A DNA stretch of 64,000 nt. Source: an uncultured Flavobacteriales bacterium (lineage in GTDB: Bacteria; Bacteroidota; Bacteroidia; AKYH767-A; 2013-40CM-41-45). The notes under the pieces are model-generated. The model worked only from the letters and a program-made list of their open reading frames with translations. It made no database searches and was not told the DNA's origin. Shown one piece after another: positions 48,429 through 59,010 of the stretch. Each line of letters begins with the position of its first letter. Within the stretch, counting starts at the first letter, position 1. The translations under genes were made by a program, and so were the position numbers. The DNA lies in NCBI GenBank assembly GCA_964595205.1, contig CAZQOQ010000007.1, positions 40,369 through 104,368 on the forward strand, given 5' to 3'.

Positions 48429-51400
48429 ATGAAAAGAATCAATCTACTTTTTTTACTGTTATTGTTTTCGGCAGGCCTTTCGGCGCAGCGAATTAATAAA
48501 GAACAGACCTCTGGTGTGATCGTAGCTTCAGAGTTTCATGTTACAAGGCCTATACGTGAGATCTTTGCAGAGAATCCCGTTGATGAAGATAAAATAATTT
48601 ACAAAGAGGAGGAATCAGAGGACCGTAAACACAGGATTCCTCAAAAGTTTGAATTCACTTCCAAAGACGGACCACAGTATGGAAACGATCCTAATACCAT
48701 TCAGGAAAAGATGGGCACGGAGCCAAACCGTGCACCGTTGACAAACTGGGCAGGACAATCGGCAACGGGCTTCAGGCCGATGGATCCCAGCGGTGCAGCA
48801 GGACCGAACCATTACGTACAGATGATCAATTCAACAACGTTTAAGGTTTATAATAAAAGTACGGGTGCAAACATGCTAACCGGAACGTTTGGAAACTTAT
48901 GGTCGCCTGCCACTCCGAACGACGGTGATCCGATCGTGATGTATGATAAGACCGCTGACCGTTGGTTCATGTCGCAGTTCGGTTCTTCAGGCAACAAAAT
49001 TTACATAGCCATCTCCCAAACTCCCGATCCCACCGGGTCTTATTATACATACACATTCTCGTCTCCGCTCTTCCCCGATTATTTGAAATTCTCCGTTTGG
49101 ACAGACGGATATTATATGACATCGAATCAATCAACGCAAAGAGTCTTCAGTTTTAACAGGTCGGAGTTACTTGCCGGTAATCCTTCAGCCCGTTCCATTT
49201 ACGTAAATTTCTCACCTCCTGATGGAGGCGGATTTTTTGTTCCGCTGCCTGCCGATGCAGCCGACGGCTCATTGCCTCCGGCAGGAACTCCATGTCCGAT
49301 CATGTCATATTCCGACAATGGCTGGGGTTCCGGCTTTTCGGATGCGATCAACATTTACCAGATGACTGTGAACTGGGTGCCAACTACTCCTACAGCTTCG
49401 ATTACACTGAAAGCGAATGTAGCAACAGCATCCTTCGATGCGAGTTATAATGCGAGCTGGAACGACGTTTCACAACCAGGTACAAGTCAGAAGCTCGACG
49501 GTATCGGTGGCGTACTGATGTACAGGGCTCAATGGAAATCGTGGAGCGGTTATAATTCTGTTGTATTGAACTGGGGTGTATGGATCAGCTCCACTCAGCG
49601 AAGCATTAAATGGTGCGAGCTCCGGCAGGACCAGGTAACAACAAACTGGTCGATGTACCAGGAAGGAATCTATACTCCTGATGCCGCTACACGCTGGATG
49701 GGAGGTATTGCAATGGATAATAATGGTTCCATCGGACTAAGTTACATGAAGTCTGACGGAACATCAATCTATCCCGGAATATATTACACAGGAAGAAAAT
49801 CGTGCGATCCTCTTGGTACGCTTCCGATCACAGAGAGCGTCGTAATTGCAGGATCAGGGTCACAGACGGGAACTAACCGCGTGGGAGATTATGCTCAGAC
49901 TGTTCTCGATCCTGATGGAATTACTTTCTGGCACACGAGTGAATACCTGGGCTCAGGTGGTACAGCTAAAACACAGATATTTTCTTACCAGCTGCCGAGT
50001 TGCGGAAATATTGCAAGCGTTTCGATTGCACAAACAGCCGGCTCAAACCCCATGTGTACCGGAGCTTCTGCAACTTTTACAGCAACTCCATTCAACGGAG
50101 GAACAACTCCTGCTTATCAGTGGAAGGTAAACGGAACAAACGTGGGAACCAACAGTCCTGCTTACACGACTACTTCTCTTACCAACGGGCAGGTTGTAAC
50201 ATGTGTCATGACTTCAAACCTTGCCGGAGTAACCGGAAATCCGGCTACTTCGAATTCGATAACCATGACTGTTAACGCACATCCCGCTGCTGCAGGAGCT
50301 ATTTCAGGAAGCACTACCGTTTGCAAAGGTCAGACGGGTGTAGTTTATACTGTTGCAGCTATTGCTAATGCAACCGGTTATTCATGGACACTACCTTCAG
50401 GCGCATCCATTACTTCAGGTGCAAATACTAATTCAATAACCGTAACGTATTCTGCCAGTGCTATTGCCGGAAACATTTCTGTATATGGAACTAATCCCGG
50501 ATGTAATGGCACCTCATCTTCATTAAGCATTTCGGTAATCACGCCAATTCCTACCAGTGGTACTCAAACAGTCACTAATTCGTCTGGGATTACGATCAAT
50601 GATGCAACCACTTCCAGTCCCTATCCTTCTACAATTACCTTCTCGGGATTGTCAGGTCTAACACAAGATGTGAATGTAACCATAACAGGTTTAACCCATA
50701 CATTCCCGGACGACATTGATGTTATTCTCGAATCCCCAACAGGTCAGCGAGTAACACTTATTTCTGATTGTGGATCAAGCGGGTCATTAACCGGAGTCAA
50801 TCTTACCTTTGATGATGCCGCCTCTTCGAATTTACCTGACGGTACCGGCATAACCACCGGAAGCTATAAACCAACGAATTTTTCTTCTCCCGATACCTAT
50901 GCATCTCCGGGCCCCGGGTCGTTTACAGCACCCACGGGAGCATCATCAACAGCGCTTTCAGTATTCAATGGAATTAGTCCGAACGGAACTTGGAAACTTT
51001 ATATTGTAGATGATGCATCACAAGATGTGGGAACAATTGCTTCCTGGAGCATTACTCTGGTAGTTCCCTTTAGTGCATCCACCATTACCGGAAATTCATC
51101 TGTTTGCACCGGGCAGAACGGTGTATCTTATAGTATCCCTGCTGTCGCAAACGCAACGGGTTATAATTGGGTATTACCGTCCGGCGCCAGCATAGCATCC
51201 GGCGCAAATACAAATTCTATTACAGTAAATTATTCCGGAAGTGCCGTATCAGGAAATATTACCGTGACGCCATTTAATTCCTGTGGAAACGGATTAATCT
51301 CAAATGCATTAAGCGTAACTGTAAATTCTGCAGGTGCTGCCAGTGTAAGTATTAGCGCTACTCCTTCAGGAACGATTTGCCCGGGAACCAATGTGATTTT

Positions 51401-53492
51401 TACCGCTACACCCATAAATGGCGGTACTCCTTCTTACCAGTGGAAAAAGAACAATGTAAATGTTGGAACTAACAGCGCATCATATGCTGATAATGGATTA
51501 AATAATCTGGACCAGATTACGTGTGTGATGACAAGCAGTACAAGTTGTGTTTCAGGAAGCCCGGCAACTTCCAATGCAATAACGATGAGTGTAAATGCCT
51601 CTGTTTCGCCATTAGTTACGATTGCACTTACTTCAGGAACAAATCCGATGTGTGCCGGCGCCGGCGCAACGTTTACAGCTACACCGACCAACGGCGGAAC
51701 CACACCGTCCTATCAATGGAAGGTGAGTAATGTAAATGCAGGAACCAACAGTCCGACATTCACCACAAACGCATTGACGAACGGCCAGGTAGTTTCATGC
51801 GTGATGACTTCCAATGCGGCCTGCGTGAGCCCGGCCACCGCAACATCAGGAGGAATTTCGATGTCAGTTAATCCTGCCGTCACTCCTTCCGTGTCCATCG
51901 CACTTACAGCGGGAACCAATCCATCCTGTGAAGGAGCTTCAATCACCTTCACCGCAACACCGACTAACGGAGGCGCAAGTCCTGCATACCAGTGGAAGGT
52001 CGACGGAACAAATGCCGGAATCAACAACACAGATTTTACCGTCAGTAATCTCACCGGCGGACAAATTATATCCTGCGTGATGACTTCCAATGCTGACTGT
52101 GCGAGTCCCGCCACAGCAACATCCGGAACTATTACGATGACCATTAATCCTGTAGTTGTTCCTGCCGTATCCATTGCACTTACATCGGGAAGCAATCCAC
52201 AATGTGCCGGTGCTCCTGTTACGTTTACCGCAACTCCTGCAAACGGAGGCGCGACTCCTTCTTACCAATGGAAGATTGACGGAACGAATGCAGGGACTGA
52301 CAGTCCAACGTTTACGTCATCTGCATTGACTAACGGACAGGTTGTAACCTGCGTGTTGACTTCGGACGCAGAATGTGCGAGTCCGGTTACCGCTGCATCG
52401 ACAGGAATCACGATGAATGTAAATGCGGTAGTTAGTCCGTCTGTTACGATTTCGCAGACAGCAGGTACGAATCCTCAATGCGCAGGGGAATCATCCACAT
52501 TCACTGCAATACCGGTGGACGGAGGATCAACTCCTTCTTACCAGTGGAAAGTGGATGGACTTAATGTCGGCACCGATAACGATTCATATACAACAAACAG
52601 CCTTACTGACGGGCAGGTTGTTTCCTGTGAGATGACGTCGACAGCAACCTGCGTGACCGGAAACCCGGCAACGTCAAATACAGTTACGGTTGTTGTTTTT
52701 TCCATTCCTTCATTGCTTTCGTTTTCACCTCTGACCGGGAATACAGGAACTGACGTAGTCATCAGCGGAAGCGGATTTAACGGCGTTACGGCAGTTGATT
52801 TTAACGGCATATCGGCAACATTTACAATAGACAACGACAACCAGATTACTGCTGTTGTTCCTGCAGGCACTGTGGACGGACTTGTTGGAATTACAAATTC
52901 ATGCGGAACAGTTCATAGCATTGCTTCGTTCACGCTGACAGGTTCGGTAACATTGAACCTTAAGCTTTACCTCGAGGGTTTCTACCAGGGCGGCGGACAG
53001 ATGACAGGAGTGTTATCACCAACAGTTTGCGATACGATAGTAGTGAGTCTTGCGACAGAATTGTCTCCTTACTCCATTCAATATACTCAGATGGGCACGA
53101 TCGATATTGCAGGCGAAGGTGCTTTCAGTTTTCCGGCAGCTGCCTTCGGAAATTCATTTTTCATAGTGGTGAAACACCGGAATACCCTTGAGACATGGAG
53201 TGAGAGCCCGGTAGCAATCAATTCTGCTTCCATCAGCTATGATTTTACGACATCCGGAACCAAGGCATACGGAAGCAACATGATAGAAATTGACGGTGCA
53301 TTTGCAATCAGGAGCGGGGATGTGAACCAGGACGGTACAATTGATGAAGATGACCTGAATGACATCGAAGCCCAGGAGCTTTTATTCCTTACCGGTTATG
53401 TACCTGAAGATCTAACGGGTGACTATATAGTCGAATCAGCAGACTACAGCATCGTTGAAAATAATCTAACCAGAGTAATGGCCCGTCCGTGA
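48429..53492 (+). CDS. Large secreted modular protein: uncharacterised N-terminal domain, PKD-like, proprotein-convertase P-domain, Ig repeats, IPT/TIG, C-terminal dockerin-like module
   Basis: Signal peptide; GPNHYVQM..GDPIVMYD..RWMGGIAMD; HTFPDDIDVILESP..NGTWKLYIVD (P-domain); tandem TFTATPxNGG..YQWK repeats; LKLYLEGFY..HRN..GDVNQDGTID. No T9SS CTD. Confidence 0.8.
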   Translation: MKRINLLFLLLLFSAGLSAQRINKEQTSGVIVASEFHVTRPIREIFAENPVDEDKIIYKEEESEDRKHRIPQKFEFTSKDGPQYGNDPNTIQEKMGTEPNRAPLTNWAGQSATGFRPMDPSGAAGPNHYVQMINSTTFKVYNKSTGANMLTGTFGNLWSPATPNDGDPIVMYDKTADRWFMSQFGSSGNKIYIAISQTPDPTGSYYTYTFSSPLFPDYLKFSVWTDGYYMTSNQSTQRVFSFNRSELLAGNPSARSIYVNFSPPDGGGFFVPLPADAADGSLPPAGTPCPIMSYSDNGWGSGFSDAINIYQMTVNWVPTTPTASITLKANVATASFDASYNASWNDVSQPGTSQKLDGIGGVLMYRAQWKSWSGYNSVVLNWGVWISSTQRSIKWCELRQDQVTTNWSMYQEGIYTPDAATRWMGGIAMDNNGSIGLSYMKSDGTSIYPGIYYTGRKSCDPLGTLPITESVVIAGSGSQTGTNRVGDYAQTVLDPDGITFWHTSEYLGSGGTAKTQIFSYQLPSCGNIASVSIAQTAGSNPMCTGASATFTATPFNGGTTPAYQWKVNGTNVGTNSPAYTTTSLTNGQVVTCVMTSNLAGVTGNPATSNSITMTVNAHPAAAGAISGSTTVCKGQTGVVYTVAAIANATGYSWTLPSGASITSGANTNSITVTYSASAIAGNISVYGTNPGCNGTSSSLSISVITPIPTSGTQTVTNSSGITINDATTSSPYPSTITFSGLSGLTQDVNVTITGLTHTFPDDIDVILESPTGQRVTLISDCGSSGSLTGVNLTFDDAASSNLPDGTGITTGSYKPTNFSSPDTYASPGPGSFTAPTGASSTALSVFNGISPNGTWKLYIVDDASQDVGTIASWSITLVVPFSASTITGNSSVCTGQNGVSYSIPAVANATGYNWVLPSGASIASGANTNSITVNYSGSAVSGNITVTPFNSCGNGLISNALSVTVNSAGAASVSISATPSGTICPGTNVIFTATPINGGTPSYQWKKNNVNVGTNSASYADNGLNNLDQITCVMTSSTSCVSGSPATSNAITMSVNASVSPLVTIALTSGTNPMCAGAGATFTATPTNGGTTPSYQWKVSNVNAGTNSPTFTTNALTNGQVVSCVMTSNAACVSPATATSGGISMSVNPAVTPSVSIALTAGTNPSCEGASITFTATPTNGGASPAYQWKVDGTNAGINNTDFTVSNLTGGQIISCVMTSNADCASPATATSGTITMTINPVVVPAVSIALTSGSNPQCAGAPVTFTATPANGGATPSYQWKIDGTNAGTDSPTFTSSALTNGQVVTCVLTSDAECASPVTAASTGITMNVNAVVSPSVTISQTAGTNPQCAGESSTFTAIPVDGGSTPSYQWKVDGLNVGTDNDSYTTNSLTDGQVVSCEMTSTATCVTGNPATSNTVTVVVFSIPSLLSFSPLTGNTGTDVVISGSGFNGVTAVDFNGISATFTIDNDNQITAVVPAGTVDGLVGITNSCGTVHSIASFTLTGSVTLNLKLYLEGFYQGGGQMTGVLSPTVCDTIVVSLATELSPYSIQYTQMGTIDIAGEGAFSFPAAAFGNSFFIVVKHRNTLETWSESPVAINSASISYDFTTSGTKAYGSNMIEIDGAFAIRSGDVNQDGTIDEDDLNDIEAQELLFLTGYVPEDLTGDYIVESADYSIVENNLTRVMARP

Positions 53493-53521
53493 TGACAGCC
53501 ATAAACATTTAAAGAATTTCC

Positions 53522-56500
53522 ATGAGATTAATTTACGCTAACCGGGCATTTTTATTTTTTGCCCTCTTTCAATCTGTTCTTTTTTCTGCCAGTGCACAAA
53601 AACAATCTGAATACTGGAAGGATCTGTCACAAAAAATAATTCTGAACAGCGAACAGCGTTCATCCATGCCTTCTCAGTATCGTTCACTTGAACTGGATCT
53701 TGGAGTTTTAAATTCTCAGCTTTCCTCAGCCATCGATGAAAATGATGCGAATGCTTTCGTGAACGGACCTGTAATTTCCCTGCCATTGCCTGACGGGACG
53801 TTTTCAGACTTCAGGGTTGCGGTTTCTTCGCTTTTACCAAAGCAGCTTCACAATAATTTTCCGATGATCCAGGCGTATACTGCCGTTGGTGTCGATGACC
53901 CTTCCTCATATGCCAAATTAGACGTGACGCAGCATGGCTTTCATGCGATGATCATCTCTTCCCGGGGTTGGTTTTTTATTGACCCGGCATTCATCGGAAA
54001 CACTTCTGTTTATATCAGCTACGACAGGCGATTCTCGCAAGCCACCAGTACCTTCATCTGTGAAACGGAGAATGAACTCATAAGAGACGGGCAGCGGATC
54101 ACGCCCGACTACAGTGTGGAACGCAGTGCAGGCACGCAGTTGAAGACCTACCGTCTTGCAGTTGCATGCACGGGCGAATACGCATCCTTTTTCGGCGGCA
54201 CAGTGGCAGCGGCGCTTTCCGCAATTGTTACTTCTGTAAACAGGGTAAATGGTGTTTACGAACTCGAGCTTTCTGTGCGTTTGGTTCTGATAGCAAATAA
54301 TAACCTCATCGTCTATACAAACGCAGGCACTGATCCGTATACAAACGGTGACGGTGGAACCATGCTGGGTGAGAATCAAAGCAATCTCACCTCTGTGATC
54401 GGCTCCTCGAATTACGACATCGGTCACGTATTTGGAATCGGCAGCGGTGGCATTGCCGGCTTGGGCGTCGTTTGCAGTTCCGGCAGCAAGGCTAATGGAG
54501 TCACAGGAAATGCCTCACCCGTAGGAGATAATTTCGACATCGATTATGTGGCTCACGAAATGGGTCACCAGTTCGGCGGCAATCATACATTCAACAGCGT
54601 GACTGGCAATTGTAACGGCAACAGGTCATCTTCTGCTGCCTATGAGGTTGGCAGCGGCACCACGATCATGGCCTATGCCGGCATCTGTGATGCTGACGAC
54701 ATTCAGCCTCATAGCGACGCGATATTTCATTCGAAGAGTTTTGATGAAATGCAAACGTATATCACATCATCGACAGGCAGCACATGCCCGGTTGTAACCG
54801 CCACCGGCAATACACCTCCCGTCGTTACAGTCAGTCCCAATTACACCATTCCTCTCAATACTCCTTTCATTCTTACCGGTTCAGCCACTGATGTAAACAA
54901 CGATGCGCTTACTTACCTGTGGGAAGAATATGACCTGGGTCCGGCCGGCGCTCCGAACAGTCCGTCAGGAAACGCACCAATCTTCCGCGATTTTGTTCCG
55001 ACAATAAATCCTTTCCGCGTTTTCCCAAGAATGGAAGACCTCGTGAGAAACCAGCAGACACTCGGCGAGATACTCCCGACCTATGCGCGCTCACTTGCCT
55101 TCAGGCTTGTCGTAAGAGATAACAGGGCGGCAGGCGGAGGAGTCACCCACAACGACACGCCGGTTACGTTAACTGTTTCGAATACGACTACGCCATTCAG
55201 GGTCACCATTCCAAATACCGCGGTAACGTGGTTTGCAAATTCATCACAGACGATTACATGGGACGTCTCCTCTACGAACATTGCACCCATCAGTTGTGCG
55301 AATGTAAATATTCTCCTCTCGGTCGACAGCGGGTATACCTATCCGTATACTCTTCTTGCGAATACGCCTAACGACGGCAGCCAGGTCGTCACACTTCCGA
55401 GTGTAATAAGCAATAAGGCAAGGGTGAAAGTGGAATCGGTCGGAAATATTTTCTTCGACATATCCAATGTGAATTTTACGATTTCCGCATCCTCGCCGGT
55501 ATTGACTTTGTTGACTACTCAGTCGCTGGTATCAAACAGCATTTGTGCAGGAAGCACAATCGATGTTACGTATGCCGTGGATGGTCCGGCAAATGCGGGA
55601 AATATTTTTACCGCCCAACTATCGAACGCTTCCGGAAATTTTTCTTCTCCTACAAATATCGGGACGCTTTCTTCTGTTAATGCCGGGACGATTGCAGCGA
55701 CAATTCCTTCCGGAACCGCGAATGGAACCGGTTACCGCATACGCGTCGTAAGCTCAAATCCCGTCGTGACAGGCTCAGATAACGGAGCGAATATTACCAT
55801 CAACCAGTCGCCCGCAACGCCCGGTACGATTACAGGCTCAGCAACAGTTTGCCAGGGGCAGTCAGGTGTTGTTTATACAGTCCCCGCAATTGCTAATGCA
55901 ACCGGTTACGCCTGGAACTTTACATCCGGAGTTACGATCAACTCCGGGACAAATACGAACTCCGTTACCGTAACATTTTCTTCCGGCGCAGTTACCGGTA
56001 CGGTTACCGTATACGGTACAAACGCCACATGCCCCAACGGCCCGGTTTCGACTCCCAAATCCATCGTTGTCAACCCGCTTCCATCGGCTCCAGGAATAAT
56101 TTCCGGCGCTTCTGCTGTCTGCCAGGGTCAGCAAAGCGTTGCCTATTCTGTTCCTTCCATTTCGAATGCTACCGGTTACATCTGGTCGCTTCCTTCCGGC
56201 GCAACCATTGCAGGCGGCAACAATACAAATTCCATCACCGTTAATTTTGCCGCAAATGCTTCTTCGGGAAATATATCAGTTGCGGGAAGTAATTCCTGCG
56301 GCAACGGAACATCATCGTCTCTGGCAGTAACAGTAAATCCGGCTCCGGCTGCACCGGTGATTACTGCAAACGGCCCCGTGTCCATTTGTACACCCGGTTC
56401 TGTTGTATTAAGTTTTACGCCCGTCGCGGGAGTTTCTTATCAATGGAGAAAGAATAGTGTAAATATCGCCGGACAAACAAGTTCGAATTACACCGCTACC

Positions 56501-57913
56501 ACGGCGGGTAATTATGATGTGGTTGCAACCTTTGCCTCGATACCGGCACAGACGTTTACAAATTCATCGGTAGTTTCCATTCCGGATAATACATGTCCGG
56601 GAGGAACCAGCTCGATTGCAGTCAGCGGATACAACGGCACGGTCGCCTCATCCGGCATTTCCATAAAGATAAACATCACGCATCCTTATGTGGGAGATCT
56701 TGTACTTTTCCTGAGTACGGTAGACTCAAAATTACTCGGCCTCAGCAACCGAACCGGAAACTCAAGCAATAACGGCGATAATTTTACGAACACAGTTTTC
56801 TCTGATGCCGGTTCAGGAGTATTGCCGACGTCGGGCGCGCCATACACCGGAATTTATAAGCCGGTTGCGGCAACGTTTACAAACTGTCAGACGAGTACGA
56901 TAACCACTTTTGCGGCCATTGGTTCGGGCTCAATCAATCCAAACGGCACGTGGACCTTCCGGGCCACCGATATGGCCGGACAGGATGTTGGATCGATTCA
57001 AAACTGGTCAATCAGTTTTCCTGTATCAACTCCTAATACATGCAGCACCGCTTCAAATGTGATAGGCGTAACGGTGAATAACAACGTAACGCCGGCGGTG
57101 AGCATCGTTTCCGATCAGGGAAATGATGTATGCGCAGGAAGCAATGTGATATTCACAGCCACGCCAGTCAACGGCGGAGACACTCCGGCATATCAGTGGA
57201 AAAAGAACGGGACGAGTGTCGGGCTTAACAGTGCAACATTTGCAACCACGTCGCTGGCAGACGGAGACGTGATCACCTGTGAGTTGACGTCGAATGCGGC
57301 GTGCGTGACGGGTAATCCGGCAGTTTCGAATTCGATAACGATGAATGTGCAGGCGTTGCCGGTAATCAGCTCGTTTACGCCTTCGTCGGGAAATTCGGGG
57401 ACGCAGGTTTCCATCAGTGGAGAAGGATTTACGAATGCGTCAGCAGTGAATTTTAATGGCACGTCGTCAACGTTCACTGTTACGAATGATCAGCTGATAT
57501 CGGCTACGGTTCCGGTGAATGCGACGAATGGATTAATAACGGTTGTGACGCCATGCGGGTCGGCTGTGAGTCCGTATAATTTCTTTGTCGACGTTGGCGG
57601 ATCGGTGACGCTTGATTTGAGAGTTTTGATCGAAGGATTTTACAGGGGCAACGGCCAGATGGCAGGAGTACTTTCGCCTTCAGTTTGCGATACCATTTTT
57701 GTGGGACTGGCGGAAATAAATTCTCCTTATTCGATCCTCTATTCTTCGAGAGGGACAGTGAGTATTACGGGCAATGGCTCTTTCCTTTTTCCGGGACTGG
57801 TGCAGGGCAATTCGTATTATATAGTGGTGCGACACAGGAATTCGATCGAGATCTGGAGCAAGGTTCCGTTTTTGTTCTCGTCGCAGGTGAATGTCTTTGA
57901 TTTTAGTTACTAA
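53522..57913 (+). CDS. Secreted zinc metalloprotease (M12B/reprolysin-like) with PKD-like, P-domain and IPT/TIG modules
   Basis: YRLAVACTGEY, HEMGHQFGGNH (HExxHxxGxxH), EVGSGTTIMAY (Met-turn), HPYVGDL..NGTWTF P-domain; ends in a shortened LRVLIEGFY..HRN module. Confidence 0.9.
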   Translation: MRLIYANRAFLFFALFQSVLFSASAQKQSEYWKDLSQKIILNSEQRSSMPSQYRSLELDLGVLNSQLSSAIDENDANAFVNGPVISLPLPDGTFSDFRVAVSSLLPKQLHNNFPMIQAYTAVGVDDPSSYAKLDVTQHGFHAMIISSRGWFFIDPAFIGNTSVYISYDRRFSQATSTFICETENELIRDGQRITPDYSVERSAGTQLKTYRLAVACTGEYASFFGGTVAAALSAIVTSVNRVNGVYELELSVRLVLIANNNLIVYTNAGTDPYTNGDGGTMLGENQSNLTSVIGSSNYDIGHVFGIGSGGIAGLGVVCSSGSKANGVTGNASPVGDNFDIDYVAHEMGHQFGGNHTFNSVTGNCNGNRSSSAAYEVGSGTTIMAYAGICDADDIQPHSDAIFHSKSFDEMQTYITSSTGSTCPVVTATGNTPPVVTVSPNYTIPLNTPFILTGSATDVNNDALTYLWEEYDLGPAGAPNSPSGNAPIFRDFVPTINPFRVFPRMEDLVRNQQTLGEILPTYARSLAFRLVVRDNRAAGGGVTHNDTPVTLTVSNTTTPFRVTIPNTAVTWFANSSQTITWDVSSTNIAPISCANVNILLSVDSGYTYPYTLLANTPNDGSQVVTLPSVISNKARVKVESVGNIFFDISNVNFTISASSPVLTLLTTQSLVSNSICAGSTIDVTYAVDGPANAGNIFTAQLSNASGNFSSPTNIGTLSSVNAGTIAATIPSGTANGTGYRIRVVSSNPVVTGSDNGANITINQSPATPGTITGSATVCQGQSGVVYTVPAIANATGYAWNFTSGVTINSGTNTNSVTVTFSSGAVTGTVTVYGTNATCPNGPVSTPKSIVVNPLPSAPGIISGASAVCQGQQSVAYSVPSISNATGYIWSLPSGATIAGGNNTNSITVNFAANASSGNISVAGSNSCGNGTSSSLAVTVNPAPAAPVITANGPVSICTPGSVVLSFTPVAGVSYQWRKNSVNIAGQTSSNYTATTAGNYDVVATFASIPAQTFTNSSVVSIPDNTCPGGTSSIAVSGYNGTVASSGISIKINITHPYVGDLVLFLSTVDSKLLGLSNRTGNSSNNGDNFTNTVFSDAGSGVLPTSGAPYTGIYKPVAATFTNCQTSTITTFAAIGSGSINPNGTWTFRATDMAGQDVGSIQNWSISFPVSTPNTCSTASNVIGVTVNNNVTPAVSIVSDQGNDVCAGSNVIFTATPVNGGDTPAYQWKKNGTSVGLNSATFATTSLADGDVITCELTSNAACVTGNPAVSNSITMNVQALPVISSFTPSSGNSGTQVSISGEGFTNASAVNFNGTSSTFTVTNDQLISATVPVNATNGLITVVTPCGSAVSPYNFFVDVGGSVTLDLRVLIEGFYRGNGQMAGVLSPSVCDTIFVGLAEINSPYSILYSSRGTVSITGNGSFLFPGLVQGNSYYIVVRHRNSIEIWSKVPFLFSSQVNVFDFSY

Positions 57914-57949
57914 TAATCCAACCACAGCGCTTCTAAAGCTCGAATTAGC

Positions 57950-58013
57950 AAAAAACAATACTGCGAAATCTGCGGTTTCATCTGTGGCATCTGCGGGAAT
58001 CAACTTTTCTTCC
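57950..58013. repeat. 64-bp ATCTGC-rich repeat, copy 1
   Basis: 56/64 identical to 59011-59074; followed by a partial inverted copy at about 58021-58050. Confidence 0.85.
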
Positions 58014-58104
58014 CCCCTTAAAACCCGCAGAAATACCGCGGAAGCCACAAAAAATAATGTATCACAACATCGTTTGATAACTCTGTAAATATTAATTTTG
58101 GCCG

Positions 58105-59010
58105 ATGAAAAGGACATATATACTAACATTGCTGCTGGCTTACTTATCTGTTTTTTCTTCAGAAGCGCAGACGACACAACTTACCGTGAGAGGTTTTTCA
58201 GAAGGGTATTACAGGCATTCGATGGGGAGGATGGTAGCAGTGGCGGATTCGGTGAATTACCCGATGATTTGCGATACAGGATTTTTACAGGTGATTGATA
58301 CGGCTACGGGTCAGGCGGTATTTTGTACGGACGTAGTGATAAAGACCGACGGGTATGGCTTCTGCAATGTGCCGGCGTATTTGTTCAGGCAATACTTAAG
58401 AATAGCGATGAAGTTCAGGAATTCGTATCACCTGCTGAGTAAGAATGTGGTGCGCATGACGGGCAATGCAGTCTCCGTGGACCTGACAGTTCCACAAAAC
58501 GTCTGCTGCAGTTTTGATACGACCTACGGTGTAGCGAAGGCATATTGCGGCGACATGAACGACGACGGCATTTTTGATGGAAGCGATTTTCTCATCATCG
58601 ACGGAGATTTCCAGAGTCATAATACGGGATATCTCATCTCGGATCTTACGGGAGACAGAGTTGTGGATTCGCTCGATATAAATATTTTCAATAAGAATTT
58701 CAATGAAGGATATGCGGACGAATATGTAGGAGCGTGTGTGGTGAATGATATTGATGAGAATGAGAAAAATTCAATGAGGATGTTTCCAAATCCATGCAGG
58801 GATTTCCTGTCGATTGAGATGGACCGTTCATATGAAGATGTGCATGTAATTCTGTACGATTGCCTGGGAAGAATCGTCATGGATGAAAGTTTTTTTGACG
58901 GATCGCTTATAAATATCAATACGGGAAGTTTTGATCGTGGAATTTATTTCCTGAGGCTAGTGGCTGATGGAAGAGAGAAATTTGAGAGAAAGGTGATTCT
59001 TTCCAACTAG
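58105..59010 (+). CDS. Stand-alone beta-sandwich/dockerin-like module protein with a T9SS type A CTD
   Basis: Signal peptide; LTVRGFSEGYY..KFRNS; GDMNDDGIFDGSD and DLTGDRVVDSLD EF-hand-like repeats; MFPNP..YDCLGR..GIYFLRL..KVILSN CTD. Confidence 0.78.
   Translation: MKRTYILTLLLAYLSVFSSEAQTTQLTVRGFSEGYYRHSMGRMVAVADSVNYPMICDTGFLQVIDTATGQAVFCTDVVIKTDGYGFCNVPAYLFRQYLRIAMKFRNSYHLLSKNVVRMTGNAVSVDLTVPQNVCCSFDTTYGVAKAYCGDMNDDGIFDGSDFLIIDGDFQSHNTGYLISDLTGDRVVDSLDINIFNKNFNEGYADEYVGACVVNDIDENEKNSMRMFPNPCRDFLSIEMDRSYEDVHVILYDCLGRIVMDESFFDGSLININTGSFDRGIYFLRLVADGREKFERKVILSN

Noticed and set aside
57680-58620. Short ORFs around the ATCTGC repeat as the missing C-terminus of the protease
   Set aside because: No frame after 57913 gives the expected GDxNxDG motifs, so a simple frameshift does not explain the truncation.
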